Positions 36,694 to 49,771 of a DNA stretch of 64,000 nucleotides are shown one piece after another. Under the pieces are notes generated by a model. It worked only from the letters and a program-made list of their open reading frames with translations. It did not search any database and had not been told where the DNA came from. Location of the stretch: contig CM059431.1 of assembly GCA_030390025.1 (NCBI GenBank), positions 133,550,001-133,614,000 of the forward strand. The letters run 5' to 3'. This DNA is from Squalus acanthias (taxonomy: Eukaryota). Position 1 is the stretch's first letter, and each line of letters opens with the position of its first letter. A program made the translations under genes and the position numbers.

Positions 36694-37447
36694 TTTGTAT
36701 TCTCCTCACAGCTTACTGTCCCACCAGCTTTGTATCATCAGCAAACTTGGATACATTACACTCGGTCCCTTCATCTAGGTCATTAATATAGATTGTTAAT
36801 AGCTGAGGCCCCAACACTGATCCTTGTGGCATCCCACTAGTTACAGCCTGCCATCCTGAAAAAGATCCGTTTATCCCTACTCTCTGTTTTCTGTCCATTA
36901 ACCAATCCTCTATCCATGCTACTATATTGCCCCCAACCCCATGAGCCCTAATCTTGTGTAATAATCTTTTATGTGGCACCTTATCGAATGAATTTTGGAA
37001 ATCCAAATACACTACATCCACTGGTTCCCCTTTATCTACCCTGCTAATCCTCAAAAAACTCTAATAAATTTGTCAAACACGATTTCCCTTTCATAAAACC
37101 ATGTTGACTCTGCCTAATCATGTTATGATTTTCTAAGTGACTTGATAATACTTCCTTAACAATGGATTCCAGCATTGTCCTGATGACTGATGTCAGGCTC
37201 ACTGGCCTGTAGTTCTCTATTTTTTCTCCATCTCCTTTCTTGAATAGCGGTGTTACATTTGCGTCCTTCCAATCTGCTGGGACCATTCCAGAATCTAGGG
37301 AATTTTGGAAGATCAAAACCAATGCATCCATTATCTCTTCAGCCACCTCTTTTAGAACCCTAGGATGTAGGCCGTCAGGTCCAGGGGGTTTGTTGGCTTT
37401 TAGTCCCATTAGTTTCTCGAGTACTTTTTCTCTACTTATATTAATTA

Positions 37448-38093
37448 TGATGTGGAGATGCCGGCGTTGGACTGGGGTGGACAAAAATGAGAAGTCGCAC
37501 AACACCAGGTTATAGTCCAACAGATTTATTTAATTTTACAAGCTTTCGGAGCTATTCGCTCCTTCCTCAGGTAAGTTAGCAGTGAGAGAATCTCCCAGAA
37601 TTCACAATTTAAACACAGACAAAATCTATTCAAATCTTTCCCTACATCAAAGACACACTAAGAGTACAGCCAAGACAATGAGATGTGTCCCAGGGGGTCC
37701 AACGTGTCAAACCACCTGCTGGTTGCATATCCTGTCAATTTGTTTCGGTTCTTGTGTTAGTCTTCCTGGGAAGACCGGCCATGATGTCAAGTCACGTTCT
37801 GTATCGTGACATGAACCCGATATCGCGATTGAGGCCATCCTCATGAGTGCGGAACTTGGCTATCAGTTTGACACGTTGGACCCCCTGGGACACATCTCAT
37901 TGTCTTGGCTGTACTCTTAGTGTGTCTTTGATGTAGGGAAAGATTTGAATAGATTTTGTCTGTGTTTAAATTGTGAATTCTGGGAGATTCTCTCACTGCT
38001 AACTTACCTGAGGAAGGAGCGAATAGCTCCGAAAGCTTGTAAAATTAAATAAATCTGTTGGACTATAACCTGGTGTTGTGCGACTTCTCATTT
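37448..38093. mobile_element. Penelope 3' fragment with inverted pLTR (two opposed hammerhead motifs)
   Basis: Nearly identical to 3723-4150, followed by an inverted copy at ~37866-38095. TSD TTATATTAATTA at 37436-37447 and 38094-38105. Hammerhead CTGAGGA-a-GGAGC gaata GCTCC-GAAAGCTT at ~38008-38038. Confidence 0.92.
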
Positions 38094-39221
38094 TTATATT
38101 AATTACGTTAAGTTCCTCACCCTCATTAGACCCTTGGTTCCCCACCATTTTTGGTATGCTTTGTGTGTCTTCTACCGTGAAGACAGATACAAAATATTTG
38201 TTTAACGTTTCTGCCATTTCCTTATTCCCCATAATAATTTCTCCTGTCTCAGCCTCTAAGAGACCAATGTTTACTTTTGCTACTCTTTTCCTTTTTACAT
38301 ACTTTTAGAAATTCTTACAATCTGCTTTTATATTTCTTGCTAGTTTTCTCTCATATTCTATTTTTTCCCTTTTTATCAATTTTTTGGTCAACCTTTGCTG
38401 GGTTCTGAAACTCTCCCAATCCTCAGGCTTATTATTATTCTTTGCAACATTATAAGCTTCTTCTTTCAATCTAATGCTATCCTTAACTTCTTTAGTTAGC
38501 CACGTTTGGATCACTTTTCTTGTGGAGTTTTTGTTTCTCAACAGCTCCCTCTTTCCCCAGTACTGGAGCCAGTGCCCCATGAATTGAAACCCCTTTTTCC
38601 CAAACCACTCTTTGAGCATTTAACTCTCTGATCTGCTTGACCCTATGCCAATTTGCACGTGGCTCAGGTAGCAATCCAGAGATTATTACCCTTGTGGTTC
38701 TGCTTTTTAATTTAGACCCTAGCTCCTCAAACTCCCTCAGCAGAACCTCATTCTTAGTTCTACCTATGTCGTTGGTTTCTACATGGACCACGGCAACTGG
38801 ATCCTTCTCCTCCCACTCCAAGTTCTTCTCCAGCCGCGAGAAGATACCTTAAACCTGGCACCGGGCAGGCAACACAGCCTTCGGGACTCTCTTTCGCGGC
38901 TACAGAGAACAGTATCTATCCCCCTGACTATACTGTCCCCTACTACTACCACATTCCTTCCTTCTCCCCACACTTGGATTGGCCCCCTGTACCACAGTGC
39001 CATGGTCAGTTTGCCCATCCTCCCTGCAGTCCTTTTCCTCATCCATACAGGTAGCAAGTACCTCATACCTGTTGGACAAGGTCCAGGGCTGAGGCTCCTC
39101 CATCACTACATCCTGGGTCCCCATACCTTCCTGACTCCCAGTCACACCCTCCTGTCCCTGACCACTGATGAACTCTAAAGTACTACTTAAACTAAAGGGT
39201 GTGACTCCCACCTGGAACAAA

Positions 39222-40047
39222 GGGGGTGATTTTGCCAGCTCTGGGGAGGTGGGTAAGGAGGTGGGACTGCCGGGAAAACGGCAGAATCTGGGAGCAGGTG
39301 CCCATCCCGCCTCCAACCCGTCTCCGTGCCATCTTCTCAGGAGGCGGGTACCCGACCCGTGCTGGGAGCCGCCTCCCTGAGGCGGGAAGGGGATTAGTGT
39401 CAATTAACTGCCTGTTAACAGGTAGTCAACGGGCAGTTTTTTTGAGAATCCCTATTTTCAGCCCTGAAGAGTGGGCTTCCCGACAGCTCCGAACCATGCC
39501 AGGGTCAGTGAGGTGGGCCGTCGGTCTGCGGGGGTCGAGGTGTGCAGGTGAGTGATGGGTGCAAGTGTGGAGAGGTGAGTGTGTGAGGTGAGTGTAAAGT
39601 GTTTTAATAAGTTTTCTTACCTTTACTTCTTCCTGAAGGCTTCATCCCTTCAGGTCTCGGGAGTCCCGCTTCTCACCGGCACAGAAAGGAGAATGGCCGC
39701 TGAACTGTCAAAAGCTGCAGCCTTCTGCTTTCTGCTCAGGAGAGATCAAGTGAGCCTGAGTGGAAGGACTCAACTTAAAAGACAGATTGTCAGTGATTGA
39801 CAGCTTCACAGAGCTGTCAAATGATGACATTTCACCTGTCAAAAGCTCTTGACAGATGAAACGTCACTCGCTGACGTCACCAGTAACCGGCTTTCCCTTA
39901 ATTGGCCTGCTTGGCCCGCTGGGCGGGCTTAACAAGGTCAATCAAGGGAAAATAGCGTGGGTTGGCCAGAAGTCGATGGAGGCGGGACTAAAACCCGACA
40001 AGTGGGAGTCCCGCCTCCAAAAGCTCCCCATTGAGAAAATCCAGCCC
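39222..40047. mobile_element. Harbinger-type MITE related to 35829-36693 (opposite orientation)
   Basis: Interrupts CR1 ORF1 with a 3-bp TSD AAA. Termini GGGGGTGATTTT / AAAATCCAGCCC; shares the AATTAACTGCCTGTTAACAGGTAGT motif. Confidence 0.78.
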
Positions 40048-40474
40048 AAAGTGTCCCGGTAACTCTCCCCCTCCCTGATGCATCGCAATGTCTGCAGCTC
40101 GTACTCCAGCTCAACAATTCTGAGCCGAAGTTCCTCGAGTTGCAGACACTTACTGCAGACGTGGTTGCTCGGGATCGCAATGCTCTCCACAAACTCCCAC
40201 ATGCTGCAGTTACGACACACCACCTGTCCTGCCATCTCTAACCTTCTTTTATTTATTAATTCATTAGTTAAAGATTTTATTCAATCGATATTTTAGGTTT
40301 ATTGTTTGATTATTTTATTTAGTTTAAGTTATTAATTTAATACGAGCAAGTTACAATTTCTCAGCTCTTACTTTAACCCCCTTGAGCAAAAAAGAGCTGT
40401 AATACTCACCAACCAATCACCTACCTGTTCTCCTGTGATGTCACTCTTTGATGTTGTTTTGAATCGGCGCCTCA

Positions 40475-43348
40475 CACTGTCGCTGCTTTAATTCAGCTCT
40501 GCTCTCGGGCCGCTCTTTATCCTCTCCCCACTGTCGCTGCTTTAATTCAGCTCCGCTCTCGGGCCGCTCTTTATCCTCGCCCCACTGTCGCCGCTTTAAT
40601 TCAGCTCTGCTCTCGGGCCGCTCTTTATCCTCTCCCCACTGTCGCTGCTTGAATTCAGCTCCGCTCTCGGGCCGCTCTTTATCCTCGCCCCACTGTCGCC
40701 GCTTTAATTCAGCTCCGCTCTCGGGCCGCTCTTTATCCTCGCCCCACTGTCGCCGCTTTAATTCAGCTCTGCTCTCGGGCCGCTCTTTATCCTCTCCCCA
40801 CTGTCGCTGCTTTAATTCAGCTCCGCTCTCGGGCCGCTCTTTATCCTCGCCCCACTGTCGCTGCTTTAATTCAGGTCCGCTCTCGGGCCGCTCTTTATCC
40901 TCGCCCCACTGTCGCTGCTTTAATTCAGCTCTGCTCTCGGGCCGCTCTTTATCCTCGCCCCACTGTCGCCGCTTTAATTCAGCTCCACTCTCGGGCCGCT
41001 CTTTATCCTCGCCCCACTGTCGCTGCTTTAATTCAGCTCCGCTCTCGGGCCGCTCTTTATCCTCGCCCCACTGTCGCTGCTTTAATTCAGCTCCGCTCTC
41101 GGGCCGCTCTTTATCCTCGCCCCACTGTCGCTGCTTTAATTCAGCTCCGCTCTCAGGCCGCTCTTTATCCTCGCCCCACTGTCGCCGCTTTAATTCAGCT
41201 CCGCTCTCGGGCCGCTCTTTATCCTCTCCCCACTGTCGCCGCTTTAATTCAGCTCCGCTCTCGGGCCGCTCTTTATCCTCTCCCCACTGTCGCCGCTTTA
41301 ATTCAGCTCCACTCTCAGGCCGCTCTTTATCCTCGCCCCACTGTCGCCGCTTTAATTCAGCTCCACTGTCAGGCCGCTCTTTATCCTCGCCCCACTGTCG
41401 CTGCTTTAATTCAGCTCCACTCTCAGGCCGCTCTTTATCCTCGCCCCACTGTCGCCGCTTTAATTCAGCTCCGCTCTCGGGCCGCTCTTTATCCTCGCCC
41501 CACTGTCGCCGCTTTAATTCAGGTCCACTCTCGGGCCGCTCTTTATCCTCGCCCCACTGTCGCCGCTTTAATTCAGCTCTGCTCTCGGGCCGCTCTTTAT
41601 CCTCTCCCCACTGTCGCTGCTTTAATTCAGCTCCGCTCTCAGGCCGCTCTTTATCCTCTCGCCCCACTGTCGCCGCTTTAATTCAGCTCCGCTCTCGGGC
41701 CGCTCTTTATCCTCGCCCCACTGTCGCTGCTTTAATTCAGCTCCGCTCTCGGGCCGCTCTTTATCCTCGCCCCACTGTCGCCGCTTTAATTCAGCTCCGC
41801 TCTCGGGCCGCTCTTTATCCTCTCCCCACTGTCGCCGCTTTAATTCAGCTCCGCTCCCGGGCCGCTCTTTATCCTCGCCCCACTGTCGCTGCTTTAATTC
41901 AGCTCCACTCTCAGTCCGCTCTTTATCCTCGCCCCACTGTCGCTGCTTTAATTCAGCTCCACTCTCAGGCCACTCTTTATCCTCGCCCCACTGTCGCCGC
42001 TTTAATTCAGCTCCGCTCTCGGGCCGCTCTTTATCCTCTCCCCACTGTCGCCGCTTTAATTCAGCTCCACTCTCGGGCCGCTCTTTATCCTCTCCCCACT
42101 GTCGCTGCTTTAATTCAGCTCCACTCTCGGGCCGCTCTTTATCCTCGCCCCACTGTCGCTGCTTTAATTCAGGTCCTCTCTCGGGCCGCTCTTTATCCTC
42201 GCCCCACTGTCGCTGCTTTAATTCAGCTCCGCTCTCGGGCCGCTCTTTATCCTCTCCCCACTGTCGCTGCTTTAATTCAGCTCCGCTCTCGGGCCGCTCT
42301 TTATCCTCTCCCCACTGTCGCCGCTTTAATTCAGCTCCGCTCTCGGGCCGCTCTTTATCCTCGCCCCACTGTCGCTGCTTTAATTCAGCTCCGCTCTCGG
42401 GCCGCTCTTTATCCTCGCCCCACTGTCGCCGCTTTAATTCAGCTCCACTCTCGGGCCGCTCTTTATCCTCTCGCCACTGTCGCTGCTTTAATTCAGCTCC
42501 GCTCTCGGGCCGCTCTTTATCCTCGCCCCACTGTCGCTGCTTTAATTCAGCTCCGCTCTCGGGCCGCTCTTTATCCTCTCCCCACTGCCACTGCTTTAAT
42601 TCAGCTCCGCTCTCGGGCTGCTCTTTATCCTCGCCCCACTGTCGCTGCTTTAATTCAGCTCCGCTCTCAGGCCGCTCTTTATCCTCTCCCCACTGTCGCT
42701 GCTTTAATTCAGCTCCGCTCTCGGGCCGCTCTTTATCCTCTCCCCACTGTCGCTGCTTTAATTCAGCTCCGCTCTCGGGCCGCTCTTTATCCTCTCGCCG
42801 CTGTCGCCGCTTTAATTCAGCTCCACTCTCAGGCCGCTCTTTATCCTCTTGCCGCTGTTGCCGCTTTAATTCAGCTCCACTCTCAGGCCGCTCTTTATCC
42901 TCTCGCCGCTGTCGCCGCTTTAATTCAGCTCCACTCTCAGGCCGCTCTTTATCCTCGCCCCACTGTCGCTGCTTTAATTCAGCTCCACTCTCGGGCCGCT
43001 CTTTATCCTCGCCCCACTGTCGCCGCTTTAATTCAGGTCCGCTGTCGGACCACTCTTTATCCTCGCCCCACTGTCGCTGCTTTAATTCAGCTCCGCTCTC
43101 GGACCGCTCTTTATCCTCTCCCCACTGCCGCTGCTTTAATTCAGCTCCACTCTCGGGCCGCTCTTTATCCTCTCCCCACTGTCGCTGCTTTAATTCAGGT
43201 CCGCTCTCGGACCGCTCTTTATCCTCTCCCCACTGTCGCTGCTTTAATTCAGTTCCGCTCTCAGGCCGCTCTTTATCCTCTCCCCACTGTCGCCGCTTTA
43301 ATTCAGCTCTGCTCTCGGGCCGCTCTTTATCCTCTCTCCACTGCCGCG
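40475..43348. repeat. 54-bp minisatellite, ~53 copies
   Basis: Unit CTGTCGCTGCTTTAATTCAGCTCCGCTCTCGGGCCGCTCTTTATCCTCGCCCCA. Abuts the 5' end of the CR1. Confidence 0.97.
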
Positions 43349-43367
43349 ATATTTAACAAAGGTCAAT

Positions 43368-45904
43368 GGGGGAAAAATTTGGTTGGTTTGCGCCTCCCGT
43401 AAGATGGCGCTAATGGGGCGCAAGGCAACTAGTGCCCGGGCGCGGTGATGTTTGCGCCGCTCCCGAAATTGACTTGAGTTTTTGTGGCGGTGCAAAGGTT
43501 TACCACTCTGATCTCCTGTGCCCCCAGATTGTGACGCCCCCCTCCTTTCCGCCTGGCGCAAGCAACGACAGGGAGACTGGAACGTTTCCCAGTCGGTGAG
43601 GGGCTGGGGGGGCGCTATTTAAAGGCGGCGTCTTCCTGGCTTTTCTGTTGGAGACATTTTTGCACCACTCATTCTGACAGACAGAGTGATGCTGAGAGAG
43701 AGATAGAGAGACTTCTGCATAGAGTCAACGCTGTGTGAAGTAGTTTTGGCTACTGAGCATCACTTTGCAGGTACTTTTGGATTTGACCTTCATTACTTCG
43801 ATTGCCAAGAGACTCTGGGGGCTGCACTGATTCGGGGCGTCGTCCTGCGCCTGCAGAATCGGAGGCAACAGAGATGCAGAGAGAGAGTGGCAATCATGGC
43901 CAGACGGAGGAGGGCCAACAGGCCTCTGCACAAGAGACCTTACCCTCCCACTGGCAGCTTGAGGGCCCATCTCCTCACCAACTCTGCATGGGCGGCAGCA
44001 GTCTGGGCTACAGGCGGTGGCAAGTGCAATGGGGAAGTGACAGTGGTGGCAGCAGAAATGCTGTCATCTTGAGAGAGGACAGCAACTCCCTGCTCAACCG
44101 ACACACTGGCACTCCCACGGGGCAGCACATCAGCATCCGGAGCAATCTGCTGGAGCACAGATTGCTGGCCTGCTGCGGCGCAGTGAGAGCCCCGGGGAAA
44201 TGTGTCCAAACCAGCGAGAATGGCAGCAGTCAGTGCTTGCGTGACCTCAATCTGAGTCTGCATGAGACCAGTCTGAGATGGGATCACGGCAGCCAGTGAC
44301 TGAATTGCAGCACTAAGCTTTAGCGAGGCATCCGCCTGTGCTAAAGCATAGTGCTCCACACTCCTTGCCAGTGCATCAATGCAATCGGGCACCCTTCCCA
44401 CTGCACCCATGAGCTGAGTGTGCATGTCCACCGCCTGGGTGTTCATTTCAGCGATGTGTCGCTCCTCCTCTGCGTCCAGTGCAGCAGGACTCGTTGGCCT
44501 ACTCTCCCTCCGGGGAGAAGGCCCCTGAGCTTCCCTAGCCACATCGCGTTGCTGCAGCCCGCTGGGTCCCGGAGCTTCACCCTCATCAGACCCTTCCCCC
44601 CTGCTCACCTCCAGGGAAGACGTGTTCCCAGTGTGGCCATGGGCTTCCTCGGGAGAGGGTGGCGCTGATGCTCCTGCTTCCTCTTCCTCCTCGCCTGCAG
44701 CTTCACTCCCACTGGCAGCTTGAGGGCCCGTCTCCTCAGCTGGTGAATCACCATCTGAAAGCAGGGAGGTGCAAGAGTGGCTTTAGCGTGAGGACAGGGG
44801 AGCAGTAAGGGAGGAAGGAGTGCAGCAATTTAGTAAGTTGGATTGAAAGTGTCAAAGGCTGGTGTTGTGAGGGACAAGTGGAATGAGAGAGGAGAAAAAG
44901 GTGATGACCTTAGAATTGCAGTCCCGAACAGGGTCGACCTCTCCAGCGGCGACGGGACCGATCACCCGGCTTGCCACAATCCTGTGGACGTGCGCCTCAA
45001 GATCGCTGAGGGGTTGCAGCTGAGGCCGCCCTCCACCCGTCCGTTGCTGCTGTCTCCTATTATGAGATAGCTTGGCCTGCAAGAAAAAGGACGGCGTCTG
45101 AGTAAATATACAGCCATGTTATTGCCTGATGTGCCTCCCATAGTTGAATAGCCCTTACTGTATGCAAAGTGTGGAATGTGCGTGTGTGTTTCATGAGAGG
45201 GCCATAGGTGTTGGATGTGTGTTGGGCATTGGGGTTTTAAGACCCTCTGGCCATAGAGTGAGGTTGAGATGGAGGGATGGAGAGGTATTGAAAAAAAGCC
45301 ACTCACCCTGACGACCCGAGTGAGGTCGTTGAACTTTTTGCGACATTGAGTATGGGTCCTGGGCACCATGCTCCTGGAGGAGACGTGCTGAGCCACTTCC
45401 CTCCGCACTCTTCTGTAGTCGCGCGGCAAAGGCCTCCTGCCACTCTTAGGGTAGAGTATAGATCTTCTGTGCTCCACCGCGCCAACTAGAGCCTCCAAGG
45501 CCCACTCGCTGAAGCGCTGAGCTCGTTCTCTCACCCTCTCCATAGTCCTTGGCTGGAAAATTTAGGCACAGGTCTCTCCAGGCCGAGATTCAAGGCTCCA
45601 ATGAGCAGGGTGTGGCTGGAGAGCAAGATCGACCCTCCCCTTTAAGAACTGTCCGGCGCCAGTGTGTCTGTGTTCCATCGTTAACTGACATCACCTGCGC
45701 TGCGCCCGCGCTCTGAGTTAGCGCCTCACTCCTCGGCCTTTGCACCTTAAGACAGGTGTGCAGCGTCTGATTTAGCGCTCCAATCACCTCCAGGGGCGAT
45801 AAAAGCCAAGTTTGCAGTCGGAGGCGATAATTTGCGCCAGGCGCTAAACTTTGCGCCCGGCCGATAATCGCGCCCCAAACGGGGCGATACTGAATTTCTC
45901 CCCC
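43368..45904 (-). mobile_element. PIF/Harbinger derivative retaining only the Myb/SANT-like gene
   Basis: Termini GGGGGAAAAATT / AATTTCTCCCCC; three-exon Myb-like ORF; no transposase detected. Confidence 0.8.
43940..45543 (-). pseudogene. Harbinger Myb/SANT-like (MSANTD-type) DNA-binding protein gene, 3 exons
   Basis: Exon 1 45543-45307 (RFSEWALEALV..TQCRKKFNDL, AGG|GTGAGT). Exon 2 from 45076 (ttgcag|AKLSHNRRQQQRTGGG). Exon 3 from ~44754 (tttcag|ATGGTGAT), in frame with ORF 43940-44608. Confidence 0.75.
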
Positions 45905-46469
45905 TGAGACTTACTTAACATGTTGTAGCCCCATCTCCAACCTGAGATCCCTGCAAGTGCAGCTTTTCTGTTGTGAGCATGGTATCACACATTACACCTA
46001 TAATTTCAAGGTAATATGCTGGAATATGGTGCTGGATCATCAACCTCTGGTGCCAGGGTGTGGTGCTTGCCAGCCCCAAGCACCTATTCTGCTCAGTTCT
46101 CAATCTCGGTTGCGTTGACATGTGAGGCCAGTGGAGCCCAAGCATTTCTCTTTGTTGGAAGGGAAAATAGTCCTTAAGAAAATAGGATACTGTGATCCAA
46201 TGCCAGAATTTAGAATCTTTGCTCCTGTGGTTTATGAAATGGTCTTTAGTCTTCAAATAGGTTAAAGTTTTGTAATTACTTGTAATGATGTTCATTCTCC
46301 TTTATATATATTAGGTCATATGCCATATAGCAAGTGAATTGTTAAACTCAGATGATATTATGTACTGGGGGAAGGGGATGTTTTACTATAATGTTAATAA
46401 GGAGCTGAATTTTACAAGTAAATCTTTAAACGAAATTCTTATATATTGTTCGATACTCTTGAAATTTAG

Positions 46470-46631
46470 CTTATATCCAGGTCTCCAGAGCCCTCATGAT
46501 TGCTTCTATCTGTCTGGGATTTTTTGGTTCCATATTTTCACTGATGGGGATGGCATGTACCAACATCGGAGGCTCAGAAAGGAGTAAAGCGAAAGTTGCT
46601 CTTTGTGCTGGAGTCATATACATACTTGCCG
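46470..46631 (+). CDS. CLDN10: Claudin-10 coding exon 2 (TM2, ICL, start of TM3)
   Basis: tttag|CT TAT ATC CAG... gives (A)YIQVSRALMIASICLGFFGSIFSLMGMACTNIGGSERSKAKVALCAGVIYILA(G)|gtaagg. 162 nt, phase 1-1. Confidence 0.93.
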
Positions 46632-46859
46632 GTAAGGGTCATTCATGATAAAGTATTCCCTTCCTAAACATGTAAGACTTGGTTTCATCTGTTTTTGACT
46701 TAAAGGTTAAACATGCAGCATTCCAAATAATCATTTAAATTCCATGTGAGCGATATAGAAGCCTTGGAAAATGTTCAGAGGAAGGCCACTCGATTAATAA
46801 CTAGTTTAAAGAACATAAGTTAAATCAATAGGCTCATGGAGCTGGTCTTTTTAATCTAG

Positions 46860-47990
46860 GAACATAGGAACAGGAATAGGCCACTCAGCCCCTTGAGCCT
46901 GTTCGGCCATTCAATTAGATCATGGCTGATCTGCATCTCCGATCCATTTAGCTGCCTTGTTTCCATATCTCTTAATGTCCTTACCTAACAAAGATCTATC
47001 AATCTGTTTTGAAATTTTCAATTGACCCCTAACCTCAGCAGCTTTTTGGGGGAGAGAGTTCCAGATTTCCACTATCCTTTGTGTGAAGAAGTGCTTCCTG
47101 ACATCACCCCTGATGTCAGGCCTAGCTCTAATTTTAAGGTTATGTCCCCCTTGTTCTCGACTCTCCCACCAGAGCAAATAATTTCTCTATATCTACCCTA
47201 TCAAATCCTTTAATCATCTTAAACACCTCAATTAGCTCACCCCTTAATCTTCTCTACTCAAGGGAATATAAACCTAGTCTATGCAATCTGTCCTCATAAT
47301 TTAACCTTTTTAGCCCGGTATCATTCTGGTGAATCGGCACTGCACCCACTCCAAGGCCAATATATCCTTCCTAACTGATCACAGTACTCCAGATACAGTC
47401 TGACCAGAGCATTATATAACTGTAGCATAACTTCCACCCCTTTGTATTCCATCCCCCTTGAGATGAAGGCTAATATTCCATTAGCCTTTTTAATTATTTT
47501 TTGTACCCATCCACTAGTTTTTAGTGATCTGTACATGGACCCCTAAATCTCTCTGCTCATCCACAGTTCCCAGCTTCTCAGAATGTAGAAAATACTCTGA
47601 TCTATCTTTCTTAGGTCCAAAGTGGATGACGTCGCACTTCCCCATGTTGAACTCCATCTGCCACAGTTTTGCCCATTCACTTAATCTATCAATGTCCCTT
47701 TGCAACTTTCTCCCCCATCTACACTACTTACTGTGCCACCTAACATAGTGTCATTTGCAAACTTGGATATATGTCTCTCTATTCCTTCATCTGAGTCATT
47801 TATAAATATAGTGGAAAGCTGTGGCCTCAGTATAGATCCCTGGGGGACACCACTAGACACATCCTGCCAATTGGAGTACATACCAAATATCCCTACTCTC
47901 TGTCTCCTACCTCCTAACCAATTCCCTACCTATGTCGATAGGTTGCCTCCAATTCCATGCACTTTCATTTTTGCTAACCAATTTTTGCAT
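46860..47990 (-). mobile_element. Degenerate CR1 3' fragment
   Basis: SGVPQGSIL, FANDT, WQMEFN, LYLEYC, HFFTQRIVEIWNSLP. Confidence 0.85.
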
Positions 47991-48064
47991 AGACTCTGTG
48001 AAAGCATAGACTTCAGAGAGACTTGATTGAAGCATTCAAAATGATGAAGGGACTAGACTGAGTA

Positions 48065-49212
48065 TAGAATCATAGAATCATAGAAGATAGGAGCAGGAGT
48101 AGGCCATTCGGCCCCTCTAGCCTGCTCCGCCATTCAATGCGATCATGGCTAATCATCCAAATTCAGTACCCTGTCCCTGCTTTCTCCCCATATCCCTTGA
48201 TCCCTTTAGCCTTAAGAAATATATCCAACTCCTTCTTGAATCTATTTAATGAATTGGCCTCTACTGCCTTCTGTGGCAGAGAATTCCACAGGTTCACCAC
48301 TCTCTGGGTGAAGAAATTCCTCCTCATTTCTGTCCTAAACGGCTTACCCCTTATCCTTAGACTGTGACCCCTGGTTCTGGACTCCCCAACCATCGGGAAC
48401 ATCCTTCCTGCATCTAGTTTGTCCTGTCCTGTCAGAATTTTATAAGTTTCAATGAGATCCCCTCTCATTCTTCTAAACTCCAGCGAGTATAAGCCCAATC
48501 GACCCAATCTTTCTTCATATGTCATTCCTGCCATCCCAGGTATCAGCCTTGTGAATCTTCGCTGAACTCCTTCCATGGCAAGAACATCCTTCCTCAGATA
48601 AGGCGACCAAAACTGCACACAGTACTCAAGGTGTGGTCTCACCAAGGCCCTGTACAACTGCAGCAAGACATCCTTGTTCCTGTACTCAAACCCTCTCGCT
48701 ATGAAGGCCAACATACCATTTGCCTTCTTAACCGCCTGCTGCACCTGCATGCTTACCTTCAGCGACTGGTGCACAAGGACACCCAGGTCTCGTTGCACTT
48801 CCCCTTCTCCCAATCTATTGCCATTCAGATAATAATCTGCCTTTCTGTTTTTGACACCAAAGTGGATAACCTCGCATTTATCCACGTTATATTGCATCTG
48901 CCACGCTTCTGCCCAATCACCCAACCTGTCCAAATCATACTGGAGTTTCTCGGCATCCTCCTCGCAGCACACACGCCCACCCAGTTTTGCGTCGTCTGCA
49001 AACTTGGAGATATTACATCTAGTTCCCTTGTCTAGATCATTAATATATATTGTGACTAGCTGGGGTCCAAGGACCGATCCCTGCGGTACCCCACTAGTCA
49101 CTGCCTGCCACTCGGAAAAAGACCCATTTATTGCAACTCTTTGCTTTCTGTTTGCCAACCAGTTCTCTATCCAAGTCAATACCTTGCCCCCAATCCCATG
49201 TGCCTTAACTTT
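48065..49212 (-). mobile_element. Younger CR1 3' fragment with open RT C-terminal frame
   Basis: ORF 48163-~49212 ([36 protein letters not shown]); (ATTCTATG)n tail. Confidence 0.92.
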
Positions 49213-49771
49213 ACACGTACATGTAGACAGATTATTTGAATTAGATAAATTAGGCAGAGTGATGGGACACGCATATAAGTTATGTAAGTATAGAACTAGG
49301 ATACATTTTAGGAGGTTTTTTGTTTTCCCAGAAAGCCATTGAACTTTGAAGTAAGTTACTAGCTCATGCAACGGGTGCAGATTTGCTGTAAACATTTAAA
49401 AGAGAGCTGGACAAGTTTGTGGAGGAGCTGATATCACGGAGTACAAAAGGTAGGTGGGGTGTTGGGTAATGTACCTCATCGTAATCGTATTGTCCTGGAA
49501 CTCATTTTTGATTGCTTTTTGGGATTGGAGAGGAATTTCCCGGAATTCTTTTATCCCAGAACTGGACCAGGATTTAAAAAAAGTTTTTTAACCACGCCAG
49601 AAGATTACATAGCTGCCAGTGAGTGCAGAGCATTGGGGATTATGTTCCCTAGTTCCAATGTGACTGAATGGGACAGACTCGATGGACCAACTGGTCTTTT
49701 ATGCATGTTTGTAAGTTTTACTTTTCTTTTTTTAAATATACAATTATTAACACTATTTCTGTACTTCATAG

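Larger units (their letters stand above)
34946..40460 (-). mobile_element. Long CR1 LINE (ORF1 + partly deleted ORF2), interrupted by two MITEs and a Penelope fragment
   Basis: ORF1 remnants: CRNCSMWEF..CSKC zinc motif with coiled coil, LSNRYEVL, and SGNH esterase VVVGDSIVRG / HVETNDIG. ORF2 RT remnants (QHGFMKGKSCLTNL, FADDTKL). (TTCTTATG)n tail at 34946-34970. Confidence 0.9.

Noticed and set aside
6240..43348. CRISPR-like appearance of the regular arrays
   Set aside because: No unique spacers, no cas genes, eukaryotic context.
40441..43402. 408-aa and 917-aa repeat ORFs
   Set aside because: Translations of the 54-bp minisatellite; no unique domain or splice support.
46021..46125. 'WIINLWC' as a possible claudin-10b first exon
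   Set aside because: No TM1, wrong Cys spacing, in-frame stop and no suitable donor.
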